A stretch of DNA of 59,547 nucleotides, the filler included. It is 4 parts of 4 records of this genome, joined end to end, with 100 filler letters (N's around TTAATTAATTAA, not from the genome) between each part and the next. Parts side by side here need not be neighbours in the genome. Positions count along the whole stretch, not along the records: positions 51,818 to 59,547 come from SRR31156797_13583; 3 more parts are not named here. One strand, given 5' to 3'. Both the position numbers and the translations under genes were made by a program. Shown here one piece after another: positions 51,890 to 59,547 of this stretch. The first letter of the stretch is position 1. Each line of letters begins with the position of its first letter. The notes beneath the pieces are model-generated. The model had not been told where the DNA came from. It was given only the letters and a program-made list of their open reading frames with translations, and did no database searches.

Positions 51890-53162
51890 TGACACCCAAA
51901 AATTATAATATTCATGATTATTAATCATTTTTATTTATGATGGCTAATTTTCTTCAACTGACAAGGATTAAAGAAGTCCAAAAAGAAATCACATGTACTT
52001 TTGTTCATGAATATCAATTAATTTGTTAGAAGCCGTACATAGCTGTAGGGCGTAAGGCAAGGATGTATGCCTCATTGATAGTGAAACAGTGGGGCGGGAT
52101 TTACTATGCTGGCGAAAAAACCTGGGCGCAGTTTTTGATGCCTCCAAGCCAACTAAGGCCGGCCGCCTTTGCAGCTTTAGCCATAGAATCCATACGGCCG
52201 ACGGCGCGGTGGAATAAACTGCCGTAACCATGAACCGTATTAACCCAGGAATCTACATCTATACTCAATCTGGACAGAATTGGCGCCAAATCCTCTGGCA
52301 TCCTGCCTTTGCCGTCTTGCCGTAATTGCCGACCGGTCCAATCCACAAGATTAAGGTATTCATCCAGATGCATATCCAAGGCAGGCATTTTATGGGATTC
52401 GGTTGTATCCATGAATTGGGCCAGCCAATCGGCTGATTTTTCATCATTTTGGCGGGACATGATCCGATCCTGCACGCTTGTAAAATGACTGGTCTCGGGT
52501 GTATCAGCGATTCCGGCCCGGACAGGATTCAGATCCACATAGGCCATGCAGGTCAACACAGCTGTTTCATCCAGCAAGGACTGGCATGTGAATCGCCCTT
52601 CCCAAAATCGTCCCTTACATTCGTCCTCCCTGTTAGCCTGGCGGGCCACGTGTTCATTCAGACACCGCATAAACCAACTCACGCTGGATAAACGCTCCCG
52701 AAGCTCGGTTATCCTTTCATTGTTGCTCGACAGATGGTTTGCTCTTTCTTTTATTTCCTCTGTATCTTTTGATTTAACGAAGCCCGGAAAAATCTTAAGC
52801 CACTGGCGCGCTACCTCTTCATCGGTCCAATCTTCGGCAATATCCGGCCGATTGCGAACCACAACATGCAAATGGTTGGACATAACAGCATAGGCGAACA
52901 CATCAACGGCAAAGGCATCCGCCAATTGTTTAAGCCGATTTTTAATCCATGCTTTTCTATGTTCATATGATTTGCCCGAGTAAACATCCTTCCCGCACAA
53001 AAATGCTTGTCGCACGCAACGCGAAATACAATGATAAATTCCAACTGAACCATCATTGATAATTTCTTTCCTGGCGATCGGCATTGCAGACTCCTTATAG
53101 GTAGCTTATCGAAAACAATCTTAACAGAAATTCAAATATTATTAAATAAAATTTGGGTGTCA
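51890..53162 (-). mobile_element. Putative Y1/HUH transposase element bounded by 11-bp inverted repeats
   Basis: TGACACCCAAA at 51890-51900 and TTTGGGTGTCA at 53152-53162 enclose the transposase gene. Confidence 0.6.
52104..53084 (-). CDS. Y1/HUH tyrosine transposase (RAYT/IS200-like superfamily)
   Basis: YHCISRCVR, YAVMSNHLH (HUH), FWEGRF, YVDLNPVRAG (catalytic Tyr). Confidence 0.92.
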   Translation of the reverse strand: MPIARKEIINDGSVGIYHCISRCVRQAFLCGKDVYSGKSYEHRKAWIKNRLKQLADAFAVDVFAYAVMSNHLHVVVRNRPDIAEDWTDEEVARQWLKIFPGFVKSKDTEEIKERANHLSSNNERITELRERLSSVSWFMRCLNEHVARQANREDECKGRFWEGRFTCQSLLDETAVLTCMAYVDLNPVRAGIADTPETSHFTSVQDRIMSRQNDEKSADWLAQFMDTTESHKMPALDMHLDEYLNLVDWTGRQLRQDGKGRMPEDLAPILSRLSIDVDSWVNTVHGYGSLFHRAVGRMDSMAKAAKAAGLSWLGGIKNCAQVFSPA

Positions 53163-53181
53163 TATTATAAATAATAAAAAT

Positions 53182-53251
53182 TTGACTTGTTGGGGAGAAT
53201 GGATTAAGATTAGACCGTTCATTCTTAGAACGTTCATAGGTCAAACGTTCA
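53182..53251 (+). promoter_or_regulatory. Sigma70 promoter followed by three phased CGTTCA boxes (candidate operator)
   Basis: TTGACT (53182-53187), 17 nt, TAAGAT (53205-53210). CGTTCA at 53216, 53231 and 53246. Confidence 0.65.
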
Positions 53252-53263
53252 GACTGGGAACAT

Positions 53264-53935
53264 ATGGAAGATAATCAAACAACACGGGAAATGTGGTGGG
53301 ATTACCAGATCCTGGATGAAATATCAAGGGATGAAAACGTCTCACAGCGCGATTTGTCCAAAAGCGCCGGTATGGCCCTGGGGCGGACCAATCAGGTCGT
53401 AAAACGTTTGATCAGAAAGGGGCTGGTCAAAACCCGCCAGATTAACGCCAAAAGAGTGGCCTATTACCTGACGCCTCAAGGATTTGCCGAAAAACTGCGC
53501 CTGGTCGTACAATACGCTCAAATCACTATTAATCTCTTTTCCTACGTCAGGGAAATGATTAACGGAAAACTGGATGAACTTAAGCGCGAACGTAACATCA
53601 GAACCGTTGCCATCGTGGGATCGGGCGAGTTGGCCGAAGCGGTTTACCTGTCCATTCAGGAAAAAGGCCTGGAACTTACAGCCGTCTATGATATCGGGGA
53701 GGGCCGCGACGTCTGGTTGGGAAGGATGGTCCACAGTCTCGACTATGTACCTGAAATAAAAGCCGATGTCGTCATGATTACGGAAATGGAAGACCTGGGC
53801 CGGGAAAAAGAGAAGCTGGACGGGTTGGGGCATACGATAGTTGAAGTCCGTGAACTTCTTTCCGAACAGCTTGCCTCCTTTGTTTCGCGAATAAACGAGG
53901 AAGATCCCAAGCGTTCACAAAACGTAAAGCGTTAA
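53264..53935 (+). CDS. Winged-helix (MarR-like, polysaccharide-locus associated) regulator with a C-terminal Rossmann-like domain
   Basis: SQRDLSKSAGMALGRTN...YYLTPQGFAEK wHTH, followed by VAIVGSGELAE. Confidence 0.85.
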   Translation: MEDNQTTREMWWDYQILDEISRDENVSQRDLSKSAGMALGRTNQVVKRLIRKGLVKTRQINAKRVAYYLTPQGFAEKLRLVVQYAQITINLFSYVREMINGKLDELKRERNIRTVAIVGSGELAEAVYLSIQEKGLELTAVYDIGEGRDVWLGRMVHSLDYVPEIKADVVMITEMEDLGREKEKLDGLGHTIVEVRELLSEQLASFVSRINEEDPKRSQNVKR

Positions 53936-53944
53936 ATTTTACCT

Positions 53945-54514
53945 ATGATTCAATCCGAAACCATGCTGACCGGAACCTCCGGTTTTCCGGTCTTTCAAGA
54001 AAGCAGCGATGACGGCTCGGCTTGGTACGCTCTGCACACACGCAGCAATTTTGAGGCCCGTGTGTATAACTGCCTTAAAAATAAGGGGATTGAATCATTT
54101 CTGCCGCAAATGCTCGTCATGAGCCGCAGAAAGGATCGCCGTAAGAAAATCCTGGTTCCTTTATTCAAAGGATATATTTTCACCAAAACGGTTTTATCTC
54201 CGGAAAAACATCTGGAAATAGTCAAATCGGCCGGGGTAGTCCGGCTTTTGGGAATAAACGGAAAACCAGTCCCTTTGTATCAGCATGAAGTGTCAAACCT
54301 GATGATTCTCAATGGATCGGATCTGCCTTTTCAGGAGGAAAACTACATGCGCGAGGGGGACAGGGTCAGAATTGTCGAAGGACCTTTTGAAGGTTTGACC
54401 GGAATAGTGAAACGGCGTAAAGGCAAGGTCGATCGTCTTGTAGTGTCCGTGGACGTATTAATGCGCTCCGTTTCCGTGGAATTGGACGAGTGGGCCCTGG
54501 AGAAGGCCTCCTGA
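53945..54514 (+). CDS. UpxY/RfaH/LoaP-type NusG-paralogue antiterminator
   Basis: WYALHTRSNFE, PLFKGYIF, KOW motif GDRVRIVEGPFEGLTG; precedes a sugar-biosynthesis operon. Confidence 0.9.
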   Translation: MIQSETMLTGTSGFPVFQESSDDGSAWYALHTRSNFEARVYNCLKNKGIESFLPQMLVMSRRKDRRKKILVPLFKGYIFTKTVLSPEKHLEIVKSAGVVRLLGINGKPVPLYQHEVSNLMILNGSDLPFQEENYMREGDRVRIVEGPFEGLTGIVKRRKGKVDRLVVSVDVLMRSVSVELDEWALEKAS

Positions 54515-54721
54515 TAGAGTTATAGTAACCTGGAGGTCCGGGGCGGACCAGTGAAAAAACGATCGCGCCATGAAGCGTGATTGATAAATTAATATAATTA
54601 TAACAGTATGTTATGATGCAAATTCGCATGTAACCGAAAGGGCGGAGCTGTATAAACGCCCTGTAAGCTGCCTTCAGACTTCACATGTTCCATCATCCAA
54701 ACAATAAAATAAGCCGGGTAT

Positions 54722-55732
54722 ATGAATCTTAAAAACAAGAAAATATTGGTTACAGGCGCAGATGGTTTCATCGGATCGCACCTGACGGAAGAACTGGTCC
54801 GCCAGGGGTATGACGTCCGGGCCTTTGTGTTTTATAATTCCTTTAATTCCTGGGGCTGGCTGGATAGTTCCGACCCGGAAATAAAGAAAAGCCTGGACGT
54901 TTTTGCCGGGGACATCAGGGATCCCCACGGGGTCAGGCAGGCCATGGAAGGGTGTGATGTGGTTTTTCACCTGGCCGCCCTGATTGCCATACCATATTCA
55001 TATCATTCACCTGATACTTACGTGGACACCAATGTGAAGGGCACGCTTAACGTGGTTCAGGCGGCCAGGGCCCTCGGAGTGGAAAAGGTCATTCATACTT
55101 CCACAAGCGAAGTCTACGGCACAGCCCTGACCGTCCCCATAGACGAATCCCACCCGCTCCAGGGACAATCGCCTTACTCGGCCACAAAAATCGGCGCGGA
55201 TCAGATAGCCCTTTCATTTTATCTTTCCTTCAACACTCCCGTTTCGGTCCTAAGGCCTTTTAATACATATGGCCCCAGGCAATCCGCACGAGCGGTGATT
55301 CCCACGGTCATCACCCAGATAGCTTCCGGGGACAGGGAAATAAAATTGGGTTCTCTCCATCCGACCAGGGATTTCAACTATGTTCACGACACTGTCAGGG
55401 GTTTTATAGCCTGCGCCGAATCGGAAAGGTCTGTCGGCGAGGTTATAAACATAGGCAGCGGTTTTGAAATATCCATTGGCGATACGGTCGGTTTGATCGC
55501 CGAAGTCATGAAGGCTGATGTTGAAATAAAGTCGGAATCGGAGAGGATCAGGCCGGAAAAAAGCGAAGTGGAAAGGCTATTGGCCGACAATAAAAAAGCC
55601 CTTGATCTTTGTGGTTGGCAGCCGCAATACGCCGGGCGCGAGGGCTTTAAGCTCGGGCTTGCCGAGACCGTGGACTGGTTTATCAACCCGGATAACCTGA
55701 AAGGTTACAAAGCGGATGTCTACAACATCTGA
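54722..55732 (+). CDS. legB: NAD-dependent nucleotide-sugar 4,6-dehydratase, LegB-like
   Basis: VTGADGFIGSHL, YNSFNSWGWL, HLAALIAIPYSY, TSTSEVYG, YSATK, RPFNTYGPRQSARA. Confidence 0.88.
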   Translation: MNLKNKKILVTGADGFIGSHLTEELVRQGYDVRAFVFYNSFNSWGWLDSSDPEIKKSLDVFAGDIRDPHGVRQAMEGCDVVFHLAALIAIPYSYHSPDTYVDTNVKGTLNVVQAARALGVEKVIHTSTSEVYGTALTVPIDESHPLQGQSPYSATKIGADQIALSFYLSFNTPVSVLRPFNTYGPRQSARAVIPTVITQIASGDREIKLGSLHPTRDFNYVHDTVRGFIACAESERSVGEVINIGSGFEISIGDTVGLIAEVMKADVEIKSESERIRPEKSEVERLLADNKKALDLCGWQPQYAGREGFKLGLAETVDWFINPDNLKGYKADVYNI

Positions 55733-56900
55733 ACATGCTGCCTCTCCTTTAGCCGAATCCGTCTGCGAGGCTCTGGCCGGCGTGCTGCCGCCGGGCCGGG
55801 AGTTCATTCCCTTGCATGAACCAAGGTTTGAAGGCGCCGAATGGGAATATCTCAAAGAATGCCTGGATTCGACCTTTGTTTCTTCAGTTGGCGCTTTTGT
55901 CGACCTTTTCGAAGAAAGACTGGCCGAATACACCGGAGTTAAGAGAGCGGTCGTGGTGGTCAACGGAACCGCAGCCCTGGAAATAGCCCTGCTTCTGGCC
56001 GGAGTGACCCGCGATGATGAAGTCATCATCCCGGCCCTGACTTTTGTGGCCACGGCCAATGCGGTCAGCCGTATCGGCGCGGTTCCCCATTTGGCGGACA
56101 GCGAAGAAAACACACTGGGCCTTAACCCGGCGGCCCTTGAAGATTATTTATCGGATATAACCGTGATCGAAGGCGGCCTCTGCCGTAACAGGATCACCGG
56201 CAGAATTATCCGGGCGGTCATGCCCATGCACACGTACGGGCATCCAGTTGATATTGATCCGCTGATGGAAGTTTGCCAGCGTTTCAGCCTGGCGCTGGTC
56301 GAGGATGCGGCCGAGGCATTGGGAACCGAGTATAAGGGGAAACATGTGGGCGGCCGCGGAATTGCCTCGGCATTGAGTTTTAACGGCAACAAAATCATAA
56401 CCACGGGCGGTGGAGGGGCTATCCTGACCAATGACGATGATTTGGGAAAGAGGGCCAAACACATTACCACTACAGCCAAAACGCCTCACCCCTGGGAATT
56501 CTACCATGACGAAGCCGGATACAATTACCGTATGCCCAATATCAACGCGGCCCTGGGATGCGCCCAGATCGAAAAGTTGCCGGCCTACCTGGAAGAAAAG
56601 CGCGCCCTGGCCGATCGTTATAAAAAAGCTTTTGAAAGCTTGAAAGGCGCCCGGTTTTTCACCGAACCCGAATTCGCCCGCAGCAACTACTGGCTTAATG
56701 TGATTCTAATGGATGAGAAACAGGCGGATCAACGCGAGGCCGTTCTTACGCTTACAAATAAAAAAGGTTTCATGACCAGGCCGGCCTGGAAGCTGATGCA
56801 CCGTTTACCCATGTATGAAAACTGCCCGAAAATGGAATTGCCAGGGGCGGAAAGCCTGGAACGAAGACTTATCAACATTCCCAGCAGTGTGGGGCTATGA
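55716..56900 (+). CDS. legC: LegC-like DegT/DnrJ aminotransferase
   Basis: IPLHEP, FVSSVG, EDAAEALG, SFNGNKIITTGGGG, GYNYRMPNINAALG. Confidence 0.88.
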   Translation: MSTTSEHAASPLAESVCEALAGVLPPGREFIPLHEPRFEGAEWEYLKECLDSTFVSSVGAFVDLFEERLAEYTGVKRAVVVVNGTAALEIALLLAGVTRDDEVIIPALTFVATANAVSRIGAVPHLADSEENTLGLNPAALEDYLSDITVIEGGLCRNRITGRIIRAVMPMHTYGHPVDIDPLMEVCQRFSLALVEDAAEALGTEYKGKHVGGRGIASALSFNGNKIITTGGGGAILTNDDDLGKRAKHITTTAKTPHPWEFYHDEAGYNYRMPNINAALGCAQIEKLPAYLEEKRALADRYKKAFESLKGARFFTEPEFARSNYWLNVILMDEKQADQREAVLTLTNKKGFMTRPAWKLMHRLPMYENCPKMELPGAESLERRLINIPSSVGL

Positions 56901-57487
56901 CCGAAAAAATCATTCTTGTAGGCGCCGGCGGGCATGCCCGGTCATGCATTGACGTTATCGAGCAGACTGGAAAATATAGAATTGCCGGCCTGGTGGATAT
57001 TAGGGAAAAAGTCGGCCAAAAAGTTTTGGGATACGAAATCATTGCTTCGGATGATGATTTGCCCAGACTGGCTGAAGAATATAGGTTTTTTTGCATCACC
57101 CTGGGGCAGATCAAAAGCCCTGAAAGAAGAAGAAATCTGTTTGAAGCCCTGAAAAAACTGAACGTTTCCATGCCGGTCATAATATCGCCGCTGGCCTATG
57201 TTTCCAGGTATGCCGAGATCGGGGAAGGAACCATGGTCATGCACAAGGCCCTGGTCAATGCCGGCGCCCGGATAGGAAGAAACTGCATCATCAACACCAG
57301 GGCGCTGATAGAGCATGACGCGGTCATAGAAGATCACTGCCATATCGCCACAGCCGCGGTCATCAACGGCGGCGTTCGGGTCGGGGCCGGGTCTTTTTTC
57401 GGGAGTAATTCCACGTCCCGAGAGTATGCAAACATTTCAGAAGGTTCTATTGTCGGATTTCACGAGAGGTTCGACCGTCAAGACTGA
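56897..57487 (+). CDS. NeuD/PglD-family sugar acetyltransferase
   Basis: GAGGHA N-terminal domain and hexapeptide repeats (NCIINTRALIEHD). Confidence 0.88.
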   Translation: MTEKIILVGAGGHARSCIDVIEQTGKYRIAGLVDIREKVGQKVLGYEIIASDDDLPRLAEEYRFFCITLGQIKSPERRRNLFEALKKLNVSMPVIISPLAYVSRYAEIGEGTMVMHKALVNAGARIGRNCIINTRALIEHDAVIEDHCHIATAAVINGGVRVGAGSFFGSNSTSREYANISEGSIVGFHERFDRQD

Positions 57488-57490
57488 TTT

Positions 57491-58525
57491 ATGTCAGTTA
57501 AGAGTGCAGGAATCAACATGCGGGAAAAAACTTACATAATCGCTGAAGCCGGGGTCAATCACAACCAGAGCGCGACCCGCGCCAAGGAAATGATTGCCGC
57601 CGCGGCCGAATGCGGGGCGGACGCCATTAAATTTCAGACATTCAAGGCTGAAAGCCTTGTTTGCCGGGATGCGCCCAAGGCCGGGTACCAAACCAGGACC
57701 ACTGATAAGGCTGAATCCCAGTATGAAATGATAAAAGCCCTTGAACTTGACGCTTCCGTTCATAAAGATCTGATGGCCTGTTGCCGGGAAAACAGGATCG
57801 ATTTTCTTTCATCGCCGTTTGATCCTGACAGCGTGGATCTGCTCGTGGACCTGGGCCTTGAAATAATAAAAATTCCATCCGGCGAAATAATCAATTATCC
57901 GTACCTTAAGAAAATCGGCGGACTCGGGCTGAAAGTGATTCTTTCCACGGGCATGGCCGACCTCGGGGAAATCGAATTTGCCCTGGATGCGCTTGTGGAG
58001 GGGGGCGCCGCGTTGACTGATATTACAGTTCTCCACTGCAACACGGAATACCCAACCCCTTTTGAAGACGTCAACTTAACGGCCATGAACACAATTGCGG
58101 CCGCATTCGGAGTCAAGGTTGGCTATTCCGATCATACCGAGGGCATTGAAGTTCCCATAGCCGCGGTCGCCATGGGCGCCGAGGTTATTGAAAAACATTT
58201 CACCCTGGATAAGACGCTGCCCGGCCCTGACCACAAGGCTTCTCTTGAGCCGGATGAATTATCCCTGATGGTCAGGTCGATCCGAAATATTGAAAAATCC
58301 ATGGGAAACGGCGTTAAAAAACCTAGCCCAAGTGAATTAAAAAACCGGCCGATCATCAGGAAGAGCATTGTTGCTTCCAGGCCAATAAAAACCGGGGAAA
58401 TATTTTCAGAAGAGAATTTGACCGCCAAAAGGCCCGGCACGGGAATATCACCCAGGTATTGGAACATGGTCATCGGCCGTCTTGCCGGGCGCGATTATGA
58501 CAAGGATGAGGCAATCAGCTTATGA
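57491..58525 (+). CDS. neuB: N-acylneuraminate/legionaminate synthase (NeuB/LegI)
   Basis: IIAEAGVNHN, KFQTF, KIPSGE, LSTGMA, LHCNTEYP, GYSDHT, IEKHFTLD, SAF domain. Confidence 0.93.
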   Translation: MSVKSAGINMREKTYIIAEAGVNHNQSATRAKEMIAAAAECGADAIKFQTFKAESLVCRDAPKAGYQTRTTDKAESQYEMIKALELDASVHKDLMACCRENRIDFLSSPFDPDSVDLLVDLGLEIIKIPSGEIINYPYLKKIGGLGLKVILSTGMADLGEIEFALDALVEGGAALTDITVLHCNTEYPTPFEDVNLTAMNTIAAAFGVKVGYSDHTEGIEVPIAAVAMGAEVIEKHFTLDKTLPGPDHKASLEPDELSLMVRSIRNIEKSMGNGVKKPSPSELKNRPIIRKSIVASRPIKTGEIFSEENLTAKRPGTGISPRYWNMVIGRLAGRDYDKDEAISL

Positions 58526-59406
58526 GGATTGTTTTCATTGGGACGGTTGAATTCAGCTTGAAGTCCCTGGAAAAGCTCATAAGCCTTAACGCGGATCTGG
58601 CGGGCGTGGTTACAAAAAGGGAATCGGCCTTTAATTCCGACTGGGCGGATTTGACTCCAATATGCAAGGAAAAAGGCATTCCTGTTTTATACAGCCGGGA
58701 TGTCAATTCACCTGATGAAATAGAGTGGATAGAACATAAAAGGCCGGATGTCATCTTCTGCTTCGGTTGGTCATCTCTTCTTAAAGAAGAATTATTATCA
58801 ATCGCTCCCCTGGGCGTGGTCGGGTTTCATCCCGCCGAACTCCCAAAAAACAGGGGGCGGCACCCCATTATCTGGGCATTGGTTTTAGGCCTTGAAAAAA
58901 CCGCATCAACATTTTTCTTCATGGGCCAGGGAGCGGATAGCGGAGACATCCTGGATCAGAAAATTGTTCCCATCAATTATGAAGACGACGCCCGGACGCT
59001 GTATAATCGCGTAACAGATGTCGCCCTGGACCAGATTGCATCATTTACGCCCGCACTGGAAATAGGGGATTATTCGCGCACTCCTCAGGATCCGGCCGGG
59101 GCGAATTACTGGCGGAAGCGAAGTAAAAAAGACGGCCTGGTAGATTTTCGTATGGGAAGCAACGCTGTATACAACCTGGTTCGGGCGTTGACCAGGCCTT
59201 ATCCCGGGGCGCACGTTGAATATAAAGGACAGGAAATCAAGATTTGGAAGGCTGCTGAAGAAGCTGCATCCGACAAAAATGATGAACCCGGCAAAGTCCT
59301 CGATGTTGCCGGCAAATCTGTTTTGGTCAAGTGCCATGACGGGGCGGTGAGGCTGCTTGAACATGAAATCGTAGCGCTTCCTGCAAAAGGGGATTATATA
59401 AGATGA
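58522..59406 (+). CDS. Formyltransferase (Fmt/ArnA-like), probably a sugar N-formyltransferase
   Basis: GFHPAELPKNRGRHPIIW, DSGDI, VRALTRPYPGA; located inside the nonulosonate operon. Confidence 0.85.
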   Translation: MRIVFIGTVEFSLKSLEKLISLNADLAGVVTKRESAFNSDWADLTPICKEKGIPVLYSRDVNSPDEIEWIEHKRPDVIFCFGWSSLLKEELLSIAPLGVVGFHPAELPKNRGRHPIIWALVLGLEKTASTFFFMGQGADSGDILDQKIVPINYEDDARTLYNRVTDVALDQIASFTPALEIGDYSRTPQDPAGANYWRKRSKKDGLVDFRMGSNAVYNLVRALTRPYPGAHVEYKGQEIKIWKAAEEAASDKNDEPGKVLDVAGKSVLVKCHDGAVRLLEHEIVALPAKGDYIR

Positions 59407-59547
59407 ACACAGTTCTGGTTGTTGCGGTTCATCCCGATGACGAGACGCTTGGTTGCGGGGGAACGATTCTCAGGCACAAGGAAGCCGGCGACAAGGTTCA
59501 TTGGCTTATCCTGACGGCCATGGCCGAAGAATATGGCTACCCCGAAC
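59403..59547 (+). CDS. PIG-L/LmbE-family deacetylase, 5' fragment running off the window end
   Basis: Manual translation MNTVLVVAVHPDDETLGCGGTILRH; ATGA overlap with the previous stop codon. Confidence 0.88.
   Translation, partial: MNTVLVVAVHPDDETLGCGGTILRHKEAGDKVHWLILTAMAEEYGYPE

Noticed and set aside
54620-54675. c-di-GMP-I riboswitch suggested by GCAAA...CCGAAAGG
   Set aside because: I could not build the second stem or tetraloop receptor of the GEMM consensus.
37924-59364. Many short overlapping or antisense ORFs in contigs 3 and 4 (for example 39224-39961 minus, 51004-51765 plus)
   Set aside because: They are expected shadows of GC-rich coding sequence, have no recognisable motifs, and some run into the N linkers.

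Overview
The window is not one chromosome segment. It is four unrelated contigs joined by 100-nt N linkers that carry TTAATTAATTAA (26294-26393, 37876-37975, 51718-51817). Contig 1 (1-26293) looks like Bacteroidota (TAnnTTTG promoters, conserved coaX-TPR-lptC-hemolysin-PPIase block). It holds a methionine operon (metY-metX-hom-aspartate kinase-metH) whose leader has a SAM-I riboswitch directly followed by an unannotated 40-aa peptide ending MMRMQRMMRMQ. It also holds fbp, mfd and a small accessory island with a DUF3800-like gene, a 7 x 42-bp palindromic array right after an uncharacterised helical protein, and a bacterial protein resembling a plant XLG/EDR4 domain. Contig 2 (26394-37875) is very AT-rich and uses AGGAGG ribosome-binding sites. 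It carries two tRNA-dependent cyclodipeptide synthase (CDPS, XYP type) genes with YbaK-like N-terminal extensions, flanking a hydantoin/Asp-Glu racemase broken by one in-frame TAA. These are followed by a DUF917 gene and a propeller-YYY-PP2C sensor. Contig 3 (37976-51717) is GC-rich and Desulfobacterota-like: hybrid kinase-cheR-cheB-REC/PAS/GGDEF/EAL, mscS, a LarA-family gene, iorAB and a partial DEAD-box helicase. Contig 4 (51818-59547) has a Y1/HUH transposase bounded by 11-bp inverted repeats, then a MarR-like regulator, an UpxY/NusG paralogue and a legionaminic-acid-type sugar operon with a formyltransferase and a PIG-L deacetylase. The best candidates for undescribed systems are the helical protein plus 42-bp array, the YbaK-CDPS/racemase/DUF917 cluster, and the SAM riboswitch plus Met-rich leader peptide. 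All family calls come from motif recognition by eye; no searches were run.
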